64,000 nucleotides of DNA from Bacteriovoracaceae bacterium (GCA_048270185.1 JBLWTJ010000001.1:832001-896000), one strand, 5' to 3'; numbered from the stretch's first letter, positions 31,146 through 40,842 are shown. Translations and numbers: made by a program. The notes: a model not told the origin generated them from the letters alone.

Positions 31146-31886
31146 ATGAGCTATTTTGGAAACAGCAATAAGGGAGAAAAGATCTTTCGCGGTGCATATA
31201 ACTATTTCCGCAAAGACAATCTCTACGCTGAAGAAACATTTGAAGTCTACAGACGCCCAAAGCAACACCAAGTGTACTTCGAAGGTGAAATGCTGGCCCG
31301 TGTAATGACCGGTGAACTTCTAAAAATCAATGTTGCCTATACAGTCGACAAGGAATACACACCAATTAAAGTTCAAATCATCAAGAGCCTTGGGGAACAG
31401 CTCTCAAAAGAGATCTTTCTCTTTGATCACTCAAATAGTGAACTGAAGTACCAATTTGAGTGTGGAGAAGAACGAAAAATGGAGTCCATTGCAACTTCAC
31501 CTAAATTCTTTGTTACGACTCCATTAAGCTGTTGCAGCATGCTCTTTTTGTGGTCAAAGAAGTTCGACTCTGTTGGAAAGAATTACTATTCATTCTTCTC
31601 AACGAATAATAATTGGAAGTACGAACACCCTATTATTAATAATAGTGTCGTAGTGGAGCGTGCATCTCAAACTTCAGAGTCACTTAAGATTGATGGTGCG
31701 AGTGTTACGGCCATTCAATATAAGATTTTTGAAAAAGTCGATATGGATGATACAAAAGATATTAAAGTTGCACCTGAGATTCTAAGTGTCTGGTTATCAC
31801 AACATCAAACGATCCCTTATATAATTAAAGATAAGCAAGGGACAAATATTACTATCAAGTACCTCAATAATCTCGATCGCAGCTAA
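31146..31886 (+). CDS. Hypothetical beta-rich protein
   Basis: Long ORF with no recognised motif. Confidence 0.6.
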   Translation: MSYFGNSNKGEKIFRGAYNYFRKDNLYAEETFEVYRRPKQHQVYFEGEMLARVMTGELLKINVAYTVDKEYTPIKVQIIKSLGEQLSKEIFLFDHSNSELKYQFECGEERKMESIATSPKFFVTTPLSCCSMLFLWSKKFDSVGKNYYSFFSTNNNWKYEHPIINNSVVVERASQTSESLKIDGASVTAIQYKIFEKVDMDDTKDIKVAPEILSVWLSQHQTIPYIIKDKQGTNITIKYLNNLDRS

Positions 31887-32369
31887 ATGAAAAGAGTGAA
31901 GAAGTTTCTCGTTTTTATACTCATTCTGTCATGTGCGAAACTACCAACAACAAGGTTTGAGCTTAAGGAAGAATTAGCAAGGCCTATGAATGAACAGCTA
32001 CGCCCCTTCATTTCAGATGGCTGTTCTAAATGGCCTGATGGAACATTAAAAAAGCCAGATGCATGGCTTAAGTGCTGCTTCAAACACGATCAGCAATATT
32101 GGCTTGGAGGTACACAGTCCCAACGCTATAATGCCGATCAACAACTGAAGGCCTGTGTAAAAGAAGAGTTTGCAGATTGGATGTCAATTGTCATGTACCT
32201 TGGAGTTCGAATTGGTGGTGTTGCCGAATTTCAAACATCTTATCGTTGGGGCTATGGCTGGAATTATGACCGTGGCTATCTTCCTCTAACGCAAAAAGAA
32301 GTTAATTATGCTAAGACAATAGCACCAAAAGAATCTGATGCTATTGAAAAATATCTAAGACAAAATTAA
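31887..32369 (+). CDS. Lipoprotein with phospholipase A2-like CCxxHD motif
   Basis: Lipobox ILSC; SDGCS..PD, CCFKHDQQY, NADQQLKAC. Confidence 0.6.
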   Translation: MKRVKKFLVFILILSCAKLPTTRFELKEELARPMNEQLRPFISDGCSKWPDGTLKKPDAWLKCCFKHDQQYWLGGTQSQRYNADQQLKACVKEEFADWMSIVMYLGVRIGGVAEFQTSYRWGYGWNYDRGYLPLTQKEVNYAKTIAPKESDAIEKYLRQN

Positions 32370-35278
32370 TTTAGCGTTTGAACAAAGTCTTTAGAGGCTT
32401 CAAGAGCATCTTTAAAATTCGCACGATGTATTTGATAAGGTTCCATCTGTTTTGTAAGCTTTGCCATTGTCGAGTTCTTCCACTTCTTGATTCGTGAATC
32501 AATAACAACAACAGCTCCTGCATCAGATTCAGTTCTTAAAAGTCGTCCAAGTTTTTGGTGAAGACTTCTTGTACGGTGAGCAAGATAATAATCTTCGAAT
32601 TCATTTCCAATATTGGTCTCGTAGTACTCACGTCTAAGTCGCACAACTTGATCCATTGAAAGATCAGGAATCTTATCAATAAAGACAAATCTTAGGGCAT
32701 CTCCTGGAACATCAATCCCCTCTCCAAAGGACTCCATTCCAATGAGGATTCCATTTCCAGATTCTTTAAAGTCTTCGACTACATTGGCCCCCATTCCTTG
32801 AACAAAGACCGGCAGCTTCCCTTCAAACTTATCAAGCATATATTCCACGGCCTTCTCAAATCGAGCGCGAGCAGAGAAAAGCAGAAGGGAGCGTCCATCA
32901 ATATCCTCAATAAAAGGAGTCAGACGATCACAAATCGTCTTTACAAAGTCTTTGTCATAAAGGGATGGCGTATCATCACATAAGAAAACTCTTGTGCGAT
33001 CTTTGTAGTCATAGACAGAAGGTAGAAATAACCCCGTTCTAAATCTTCTTTCAGGCTCACTGTAGAGATAACCAGTGGACCATTCCATCCCTTTACTTCC
33101 AAGATCGCCATGTTCATTGCCAAGAGTTGCCGATGTATAGACAACTGAAGATGAAGTTTGCAGAAGTTGGTCATGTAGGATTTTACCTGTATTAATTGGC
33201 CCAGCACTTAGTAAGAAACCTTGTTTCTCATGGTACTTCATTGAAAAAGAATATGGCTGAGTTGATGTTTCAATCTTTAATAGAAGTGATAATGCATTCA
33301 TCACATCTTCAAGTGTTCCAACGAAAGACTCAAAGCGAGTCCATGCTGTAATCTCAGGCTGTCCCTGCATATCACTTACTTGCCAACGAATGGTATATGG
33401 ATAAAGTCGATCATATACTGACTTTAGTAGGTGGTAGATACTCTCCAGGTGATGAAAAACACTTAGGCGAAGTGCTTCCTTTTCATTTGGCATAATCATC
33501 GGAAGCTCATTCCAGAACTTATCAGTATAACGAGGCATCTTTTTAAAGATCATTTCAAACTTATCAGGTAATTCAAATAAGTGTTCCCTTAGCATCGATG
33601 CCGTATCAATTGAAAGCATTCTTAAAGAAGAGATTTCTTCTTCTTGTTTACCGCTTTCATCATCTCCCATCATATTTGAAATAAGATAGAAGAGAGAGCC
33701 TAAACCTTGAAGATTTTGTAATTGCTTTTGTAAGCTTTCTAAATCACTTTGCCCAACTTCTGCCGAGAATGAATTAGTCGCCTCACCTTCAATCTTATGG
33801 GCCTCATCCACTACAACATAAGCTGGACGTGGAAAAGACTTTGTCCAAGAAAACATGAGAGCGTGGTTACCAACAATGATATCCGCTTCCTTTGCATCTC
33901 TAAGTCCCCTAATATAAGTACAATTCGTATAGAATGGGCATTGCTTATTCGAGCAGGCCCTATAATCAACGGCCAGATCCTTTTGCGCCTGATCAAAATT
34001 TTCTAACTTCATTCGCAGAACAAAAGGTAGATCATCTTTTGCAATCATATGCTCTAGTGCACTATTAGAATTATGATAGAAGAGAGCATCAAAATAGATA
34101 TCTGCAAACTTTTCTTTGAGATCATTTCCTTGAGAGAATAGATCTGTTTCATTCTGTCTTTGCGTAAAGAGTAGTTCACAAAAGTGGTTACTAGAGCCAA
34201 CTAATTGTCTGATCTTTAAGTCTTTTGGTGATACACCTAAGAGCTTATGAAGAGCTGGCACATCCTTATTCATGGCCTGTGCCTGAAGTGTCTTTGTTCC
34301 AGTCGCAATTAATACTTGTTTTTGCTCAGTGATAGCAAATAAAGCTGCAGGTACTAAATACCCTAAAGTCTTTCCTGTTCCCGTTGGAGCCTGAATCATT
34401 GAGTGAATATGATTCTTAAATGATTGACCGACTTTTAGAGCAAGTCCTTCTTGTGACTGTCGATACTTGTAACCATTAAAAAGTGTTGAAACTTTTTCTT
34501 CATCACCGAAGATCTTCTTAACATTTTCACCAGAAAATTTAAGATCAAAATTCTGATGATATTCCTGCTTATCTTCTAACGTTTTAGGGTATGCCCACGC
34601 GAGAGCTTGATCAATATGCTTTGTCGGATCAAAATCTATTTGCTCAGCAATTTCCATGACCTCTTCTTCATAGAGGCATAGAAATTTAAAAAACCAATAA
34701 TCTTGTAATGAATACTTATGCATTAGAGACATTAGAAAGTTATACTTACCAGCGTCTTTCTTCGTCATAAGTGTTGTGACAATAACAACCTTAAGGAGGT
34801 CCACTGAGTCTTGTAGACCACGGTGAAGTTCTTTATCTGCTAAACCAAATCCAACGATAAAGTTCTCTAGTTTAAGAGAAGACATATGTGGAAAAATTAA
34901 TGACAAGAAATAAAGTGAATCTTGCCAACGGTGTCCTTCTCTAAAGTCTAATTTTTCAAAATGGTGATCGAGAAAACCTTCCTCAAAGTCTGCATTATGA
35001 GCGAGAATATCATGGCCATCAAGCTCAAGAACTTCACCAATAACATCTTCTAAGCGCGGAGCTTTCTTAAGCATCTTATTGTCGATGCCAGTAAGCTTTT
35101 GAATAAATTTTGAAATTTCAAAATCTGGACGGCATAGTGATTCATATTGTTGAATCAACTTTGTCCCTTCAAATTGCAAAAATCCAACATCAATTATTTC
35201 ATCGACGCTAGCATCTGCTCCTGAAGTTTCAATGTCTAATAAGGCCCATTTACCAAGTGTGTTATTTTCTGTCGTCAT
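32366..35278 (-). CDS. dinG: DEDDh exonuclease fused to DinG-family helicase
   Basis: DIETSG, AHNADFE and HRGLQD exonuclease motifs; QAPTGTGKT, Fe-S Cys, DEAH, SATL, EGIDVPG, GRLLR. Confidence 0.88.
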   Translation of the reverse strand: MTTENNTLGKWALLDIETSGADASVDEIIDVGFLQFEGTKLIQQYESLCRPDFEISKFIQKLTGIDNKMLKKAPRLEDVIGEVLELDGHDILAHNADFEEGFLDHHFEKLDFREGHRWQDSLYFLSLIFPHMSSLKLENFIVGFGLADKELHRGLQDSVDLLKVVIVTTLMTKKDAGKYNFLMSLMHKYSLQDYWFFKFLCLYEEEVMEIAEQIDFDPTKHIDQALAWAYPKTLEDKQEYHQNFDLKFSGENVKKIFGDEEKVSTLFNGYKYRQSQEGLALKVGQSFKNHIHSMIQAPTGTGKTLGYLVPAALFAITEQKQVLIATGTKTLQAQAMNKDVPALHKLLGVSPKDLKIRQLVGSSNHFCELLFTQRQNETDLFSQGNDLKEKFADIYFDALFYHNSNSALEHMIAKDDLPFVLRMKLENFDQAQKDLAVDYRACSNKQCPFYTNCTYIRGLRDAKEADIIVGNHALMFSWTKSFPRPAYVVVDEAHKIEGEATNSFSAEVGQSDLESLQKQLQNLQGLGSLFYLISNMMGDDESGKQEEEISSLRMLSIDTASMLREHLFELPDKFEMIFKKMPRYTDKFWNELPMIMPNEKEALRLSVFHHLESIYHLLKSVYDRLYPYTIRWQVSDMQGQPEITAWTRFESFVGTLEDVMNALSLLLKIETSTQPYSFSMKYHEKQGFLLSAGPINTGKILHDQLLQTSSSVVYTSATLGNEHGDLGSKGMEWSTGYLYSEPERRFRTGLFLPSVYDYKDRTRVFLCDDTPSLYDKDFVKTICDRLTPFIEDIDGRSLLLFSARARFEKAVEYMLDKFEGKLPVFVQGMGANVVEDFKESGNGILIGMESFGEGIDVPGDALRFVFIDKIPDLSMDQVVRLRREYYETNIGNEFEDYYLAHRTRSLHQKLGRLLRTESDAGAVVVIDSRIKKWKNSTMAKLTKQMEPYQIHRANFKDALEASKDFVQTLN

Positions 35279-35397
35279 ATATTCCTAGACTCCCCTCACT
35301 ATTTAACTTAGCACCGTTAAATCGTATTGATAATCAACTTTTTATGTCATATTCTACTAAGCATAATACTAACGTTTAACTACCTTAAAGGACTGCC

Positions 35398-35793
35398 ATG
35401 TCTTCAGCGACATTTTTCCAAATCCAATCATTTTTGATTCTATCTTTAATGATTTACGGAGTAACACAAAGCAAAAAGAGAATGAAGCACGTCAAGATTA
35501 TGTCTGCAGCTATTATCTGGGATATCATTCTTGTTCTTCAAATTGAACTAAACAGAAGTGCAATCGATAAAGCACTAGAGGTTTTCCAATCACAAGCAGC
35601 TCTAAAGATTCACCTCTTCTTTGCTGTTTCAAGTGTGGTTCTCTACTTCATTATGATCTTTACAGGGCGTAAAGTTCTTAAAGGTTATAATAGCTATAAA
35701 AAGAAGCACCGTTTTCTTGGTATCACGACTCTAGCTTTTAGAATTCTAACTTTCATTACAAGCTTCTACGCTGTATCGAAAACTCTAGCATAG
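35398..35793 (+). CDS. DUF420-like membrane protein
   Basis: 4 TM with conserved His residues (KHVKIM, IHLFFA, KHRFLG). Confidence 0.6.
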   Translation: MSSATFFQIQSFLILSLMIYGVTQSKKRMKHVKIMSAAIIWDIILVLQIELNRSAIDKALEVFQSQAALKIHLFFAVSSVVLYFIMIFTGRKVLKGYNSYKKKHRFLGITTLAFRILTFITSFYAVSKTLA

Positions 35794-35802
35794 GACAAAT
35801 TT

Positions 35803-36054
35803 ATGTTATTTGAACAAGTAAAAACAATTATCGAAGAGAATATTAAAGATTCACAAGTGCAGGTCTATGACCTAACTGGTGGTGGTGATCACTTAGGAAT
35901 TACAATCATCAGTGATGAATTCAAGGGCAAGATGCTTCTTGCTCAACATAGAATGGTCATGGATGTTTTAAAGCAGAAATTAAGTGAAGATCTTCACGCT
36001 GTTCAACTTAAGACTTTAACAGTTGAACAAGCACAATCTCAGGGGTTAATCTAA
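35803..36054 (+). CDS. BolA/IbaG family protein
   Basis: GGGDH, SDEFKGK, QHRMV, LHAVQLKT. Confidence 0.93.
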   Translation: MLFEQVKTIIEENIKDSQVQVYDLTGGGDHLGITIISDEFKGKMLLAQHRMVMDVLKQKLSEDLHAVQLKTLTVEQAQSQGLI

Positions 36055-36075
36055 CCCCTGAAGCATTTTTACGGC

Positions 36076-36192
36076 CTAATGATGGTCGTCCATCATTGCA
36101 TCATCAAAGTCCTTACATGCAATAGCTAGAGAAGCTGGTAGAAGGGCCCAAAAACCTACTAAACATAGTGCAACAAATACTTCTAAACTCAT
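36076..36192 (-). CDS. 38-aa single-TM small protein (not in ORF track)
   Basis: AAGGA RBS; MSLEVFVALCLVGFWALLPASLAIACKDFDDAMMDDHH. Confidence 0.55.
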   Translation of the reverse strand: MSLEVFVALCLVGFWALLPASLAIACKDFDDAMMDDHH

Positions 36193-36236
36193 ATATTATC
36201 CTTTTACAGGTTAAATTTAATTGATTCTAAATTCGA

Positions 36237-37445
36237 TTATAAGTCATTTAGACTTTCTTGACTAGAAAATTCGACCTCTGGCAATTGCCCCTTTTCGATG
36301 TCGACTTCCATAATCTTTTGAAATCTCTTAGAAATCTTTCCTGTTGTTATATTAATATTATTGACGTCCTTCGTGACTGTCGCAAGATGCTTTGTCAGAT
36401 CAGTCCATCTCTTTTCATAAAGGCCAAAGTCCACCCCTAATTTATTAATCTCTTCATGGAGAATCGACATATACTTAGAGCGCTCCATATTCATCATAAC
36501 ACTTTGAACTGTCGTCAGTGTTGCCATGAAAGTTGTAGGACTTGCTATCCAAACATTCTTCTTTTGTGAATAGGCAATGATATCTTCATGATAAGCATGA
36601 ATTTCAGCAAAGATGGCCTCGGCCGGCAAGAAGAGAACGGCCTGCTCCGAAGTCTCTCCATTTAAAATATACTTTGAAGAGATATCATCGATATGTTTTT
36701 TAACGTTCTTTACAAATTCTTTTCGAGCATTTGCCTTCTCTTCAATACTTCCTTCAAACATGCGCTTAAAGTTCTCAAGAGGAAATTTTGAGTCCACACA
36801 AAGCTTTCCAATAGGCTCAGGCAGATCAAGCATCGCATCGACTAATTTATCATTAGAGAGTTTATATTGAAGTTTGTAGTACTTATCACCATCTCCAAAG
36901 ACAGACTTTAAAAGAGAAGTCAGCTGAACCTCTCCGAAGATCCCACGGGACTTCTTATCTGTTAGAACCTCTTGTAGGCTAACAACATTAGTTGAAAGAG
37001 ATTCAATTTTCTTTTGGGCCTCATCAATTTTTGCAAGGCGAGCGATAATTCCAGTGAATGTTTCATTTGTCTTCTTGAAACCTTCATTAAGATTTTCTTG
37101 AACCTTATTATTAATCTTTTCAAGCTTGTCTTGAATTGCAAGGTTAGTCTTATCAAATTTCTTTTCCAGATCTTGAGTCAGTTGATCCTTAAACATAAAC
37201 ATATCTTTATTTAAGGCCCCCTTAGTCTCCATTAGACGCTCAACAACGATTTCACGTAGATTTGAAAAATTCTCTGCAAGCTGATTATTATTTTTAAAGA
37301 GTGTATCTGTGATCTCATCTTTTTGCGTACGAACAAGAGAAGTTACTTCATCGAAATTAACAGTGTGCTCTTTTTTAAAGATCACAAATAAGAAAGCGAT
37401 AATTGCGACTTGTAATAAAATGATAATGATTAATATTGGCGTCAT
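36237..37445 (-). CDS. rmuC: DNA recombination protein RmuC
   Basis: N-terminal TM and coiled coil; KSRGIFGEVQL, VDSKFP, FLPAEAIF, ASPTT. Confidence 0.93.
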   Translation of the reverse strand: MTPILIIIILLQVAIIAFLFVIFKKEHTVNFDEVTSLVRTQKDEITDTLFKNNNQLAENFSNLREIVVERLMETKGALNKDMFMFKDQLTQDLEKKFDKTNLAIQDKLEKINNKVQENLNEGFKKTNETFTGIIARLAKIDEAQKKIESLSTNVVSLQEVLTDKKSRGIFGEVQLTSLLKSVFGDGDKYYKLQYKLSNDKLVDAMLDLPEPIGKLCVDSKFPLENFKRMFEGSIEEKANARKEFVKNVKKHIDDISSKYILNGETSEQAVLFLPAEAIFAEIHAYHEDIIAYSQKKNVWIASPTTFMATLTTVQSVMMNMERSKYMSILHEEINKLGVDFGLYEKRWTDLTKHLATVTKDVNNINITTGKISKRFQKIMEVDIEKGQLPEVEFSSQESLNDL

Positions 37446-37450
37446 TTAGC

Positions 37451-38392
37451 TTATTCCTCAACTATTGAAAGTGTTAAATTCTGTGGACGACTACTCTTCT
37501 TCTGTTCTTTAAGAAATTGTAATCCATCAACCCACTCACCTTGAATGCGAACTCCCCAGTGCAAGTGCGGCGCACTTGAGCGTCCAGTATTACCACTTAA
37601 AGCAATGATTTGACCACGTTTTACCATATCACCTTGCTTGACCTTAAATTTTGACAGGTGGCAATACATAGTAATGATACCCGCTCCGTGATCGATAAAC
37701 ACTGCGTTACCATTAAAGAACAAATCGTGAACCAGAATAACTCTTCCATCGTTTGAAGCCTTCACAGGAGTTGGTTTGCGAGCACGCATATCTACTCCAG
37801 AGTGCCAGCTATTCTTCTTGTCATTGAAAACCCTGCGATTTCCGTAAACGGCCGTAATTTTACTATTTAGAGGCCTGATAAATTCTCTTTGCGTCAAAGA
37901 CTTCGAGATCGAAGCACTTGCATAAGCTTCATTTTGTAGCGCTACTTCCTGCTTCCAGCGCTGGACGGCCTCAGGAGAAAGATCCACGTGTTTCTTAGAT
38001 ACTTTGATATAACTCTTCTTGTACTCAAAAGGCTTCACTTCAAAAGTAGCAAAGTGATATTGAACGTCATGGCCATAAACATCAGACTTTAAATAACAGT
38101 GAACTGTCGTTGGTGCGTTGGTTTCCTCACCGTCCTTCGTCTCAAAGTACCAGTACTTAGGTCCCCAAACTGCTTCCATCACGCCATCTTTAACATCGTA
38201 GCCTAATTCTTTATCACCACAGACAATTTTAAAGTTTTCCCCAATTGTCGGAAGTCTCAAGGAAATCTTATTGACCTTCCCAGGATATGCTACCCTTTGT
38301 TCCACATTGTATGAACCTAGTTTCGGAAGAGGTTTAATATTTGCGCAAGAATAGATAAAGAAAAGAAGTGCTAGTATTGTGATTTGTCTCAT
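37451..38392 (-). CDS. M23 family peptidase lipoprotein
   Basis: Lipobox YSC; HSGVD, YCHLS, GNTGRSSAPHLHW. Confidence 0.92.
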   Translation of the reverse strand: MRQITILALLFFIYSCANIKPLPKLGSYNVEQRVAYPGKVNKISLRLPTIGENFKIVCGDKELGYDVKDGVMEAVWGPKYWYFETKDGEETNAPTTVHCYLKSDVYGHDVQYHFATFEVKPFEYKKSYIKVSKKHVDLSPEAVQRWKQEVALQNEAYASASISKSLTQREFIRPLNSKITAVYGNRRVFNDKKNSWHSGVDMRARKPTPVKASNDGRVILVHDLFFNGNAVFIDHGAGIITMYCHLSKFKVKQGDMVKRGQIIALSGNTGRSSAPHLHWGVRIQGEWVDGLQFLKEQKKSSRPQNLTLSIVEE

Positions 38393-38494
38393 AAGAAAAT
38401 TATGACAAAGAAGTCACGTTTTTTAAATGCCTATTGCTTTAAAAGTACTGAAAATCAGGGTATAAACAAATATATTTATTTTTAAGGGGTATCA

Positions 38495-39835
38495 ATGGCA
38501 GCGATTAAGCCACAAAATGCAAAAGGGACAAGAGATTTCGGTCCAATCGAATCAGCAAGAAGAAATTTTATTTTTGAGACGATCAAAGAACGCTTCCAGT
38601 CACATGGTTTCATGCCACTTGAAACTCCAGCAGTTGAAAATCTAAATGTTCTAACAGGTAAATACGGAGAGGAAGGAGATAAACTTCTTTTTCGCGTTCT
38701 AAACTCAGGTGACTTTCTAAAGAAAGTAAAACCACAAGACTTAGAAGAAAAAAACCTTGGGGCCGTCTCAAGTAAGATGTGTGATCGTGGGCTACGTTAT
38801 GATCTAACAATTCCATTTGCCCGTTTTGTTTGTGCCAACCTAAATGATCTGGCCCTGCCATTTAAGCGCTATCAAATCCAACCAGTATGGCGAGCTGACC
38901 GTCCTCAAAAAGGTCGCTACCGCGAATTCTACCAATGTGATGGTGACATCATTGGAACAGAATCTCTTCTTAGTGAAGTTTCACTTGTTGAAGTTTATCA
39001 CGATGTTTTCAATGACCTAAAAATCGACGGTGTTGAAATCGTCATTAATAATAGAAAAATCCTCCAAGGAATCGCAAGTGTTCTTGGCGTTAGCGACAAG
39101 CTAACGGATATGACAGTTGCCATTGATAAGCTCGATAAAATTGGAGCTGAAAAAGTTGGCGAAGAACTTCTTGGCCGTGGCTTTAGTGCCGATCAAGTTG
39201 CAAAGCTATCGACTCTTCTAACACTTGAAGGCGATTCAGATAAGAAGCTTGCGACAATTAAGTCATTCTTAGGTGAAGATGAAATCGGAAAACTTGGACT
39301 AGAAGAACTTGAATTTGTTCTATCAAATGTAAGTGAACTTGGAATTGAGAATTTAGTATTTGATCCTACTCTTGCAAGAGGCCTTGACTACTACACAGGT
39401 TGCATCTTTGAAGTAAAACTTGTGGACGGTTCAATGGGAAGCATCGGTGGCGGTGGACGCTATGATGATCTTACAAGTATGTTTGGCCAAAAAGAAAAGC
39501 TCTCGGGAGTTGGAATCTCTTTTGGTGCAGAAAGAATTTATGATGTCATGCTTGATCGTGGCCTCTTTGAAGATATTAGTGCCAGCGTTGATTATATGAT
39601 CATCAATATGAGTGATGAGGATCAAAAAGAATATCTTAAAATTGCTCGCAAGTTTAGAGCTCAAGGTCATTCAATTGAGATCTACCCTACTTCGGCAAAG
39701 ATGAAGAAGCAGATGACTTACGCTAATAAGCGTGGGGTTAAGAATGTGATCTTCTATGGGGAAGCTGAGAAAGAGAAAGGTGTTCTGCAAGTCAAGAACA
39801 TGGAATCTGGGGAACAATCAGAAATTCAAAAATAG
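38495..39835 (+). CDS. hisS: Histidyl-tRNA synthetase
   Basis: KGTRDF, LRYDLT, WRADRPQKGRYREFYQCD, LARGLDYYTG, GGGRYD. Confidence 0.98.
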   Translation: MAAIKPQNAKGTRDFGPIESARRNFIFETIKERFQSHGFMPLETPAVENLNVLTGKYGEEGDKLLFRVLNSGDFLKKVKPQDLEEKNLGAVSSKMCDRGLRYDLTIPFARFVCANLNDLALPFKRYQIQPVWRADRPQKGRYREFYQCDGDIIGTESLLSEVSLVEVYHDVFNDLKIDGVEIVINNRKILQGIASVLGVSDKLTDMTVAIDKLDKIGAEKVGEELLGRGFSADQVAKLSTLLTLEGDSDKKLATIKSFLGEDEIGKLGLEELEFVLSNVSELGIENLVFDPTLARGLDYYTGCIFEVKLVDGSMGSIGGGGRYDDLTSMFGQKEKLSGVGISFGAERIYDVMLDRGLFEDISASVDYMIINMSDEDQKEYLKIARKFRAQGHSIEIYPTSAKMKKQMTYANKRGVKNVIFYGEAEKEKGVLQVKNMESGEQSEIQK

Positions 39836-39885
39836 TCGACTTCTGCTCCTGCCTCTCGTCGACATACCGTCTATCCTCGACATAA
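39835..39885 (+). repeat. REP-like structured repeat, copy 2
   Basis: Starts in the hisS stop codon; 42/51 match to the reverse complement of 21568-21618. Confidence 0.8.
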
Positions 39886-39918
39886 AAAAAAGCCACTCTA
39901 AGAGTGGCCTTTTTATTT
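39884..39918. terminator. Bidirectional intrinsic terminator between hisS and the histone gene
   Basis: A-run, gccactc-taa-gagtggc stem, T-run. Confidence 0.8.
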
Positions 39919-39940
39919 CTAACGAAATGTATTCGTTCGA

Positions 39941-40201
39941 TTATCCAAGGATATCGTATGGACGAATAGTCTTTCTACCGTTAGCTGTACATCTCTTTTG
40001 AGCTTGATCAACTAGCCAGTATACGTACTCGTTCATAGCTTCAAGAGCGTCTGAAGATACATTGTATCCTTTACCCTTAAGTGCTTCTTTAGTCTTAGAA
40101 CCAACTAGTAGCATTTCTTTTTTCTTAGATGCTGCTTTCTTAGTTGTTTTCTTAGCTGCCTTCTTTGGAGCTGCTTTTTTAGTAGCTTTTTTCTTTGCCA
40201 T
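39941..40201 (-). CDS. Bacterial histone (Bd0055/HBb-like) with Lys/Ala-rich N-terminal tail
   Basis: Core EMLLVGSKTKEALK..GYNVSSDALEAM...A.....GRKTIRPYDI fits the histone fold with the RKTxxxxD clamp; GAGG RBS. Confidence 0.9.
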   Translation of the reverse strand: MAKKKATKKAAPKKAAKKTTKKAASKKKEMLLVGSKTKEALKGKGYNVSSDALEAMNEYVYWLVDQAQKRCTANGRKTIRPYDILG

Positions 40202-40391
40202 TTTAAACCTCTTGTTTAGTAGTTTTTAACGAAAAATATCTTATATTGTAATTTTAAGGACCTAGCTTAATGAACGTCAATAAAAAAAACGGATTGCCAC
40301 CTTTAATTGCCAAAAAAAGCCCCTAATCTCAACTAAATAAGTGGGTAAATCGGTCACCTTTGCAGCGATTTTGATCTTAAGGTAATCTTTC

Positions 40392-40838
40392 ATGATGGAC
40401 ATCCAAGATATTAGAATTGCTACACAGAAAAGTAATCAATTCATTCTCGCTTTCGAAAACCTCACGAGTAATACAGAGGTCCTCGACACCAGTAAGAGTC
40501 AATTAGTTCTGCTTGAGAGTCCTACTCAAATCTGTGCACTCATACCAAAGAAAAGTTGTGCTAACGGACACCGAATTGAACTTTATATTATTCAAGCAAA
40601 TGATCTTCAAAAGAATCAAATTAATGATATTCGAAAGGCTCCAAAAGCAATTCGCCTCTCTTGTATCGTCAAGGATCTTGAAGAGTATAACGAAGAACAA
40701 AACCATGTTGTTTTCAAAGTACTTGAGGACAATATTGGTCAACATAAAGAAATAGAAGCCGTCATCTTAGAGCGACAAGAAAATTTTAATAATCTCATTA
40801 AAGAGTTTAGAAACACACAAATTGTAGAAGACGAGTAA
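40392..40838 (+). CDS. Hypothetical protein
   Basis: ORF ends 4 bp before the next gene; no recognised motif. Confidence 0.55.
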   Translation: MMDIQDIRIATQKSNQFILAFENLTSNTEVLDTSKSQLVLLESPTQICALIPKKSCANGHRIELYIIQANDLQKNQINDIRKAPKAIRLSCIVKDLEEYNEEQNHVVFKVLEDNIGQHKEIEAVILERQENFNNLIKEFRNTQIVEDE

Positions 40839-40842
40839 AGCG

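Noticed and set aside
31101..31271. N-terminal extension of the K+ channel ORF
   Set aside because: Overlaps the divergent gene at 31146; the downstream start has an RBS
39756..40001. 81-aa + strand ORF
   Set aside because: Spans the hisS end, repeat, terminator and antisense histone end
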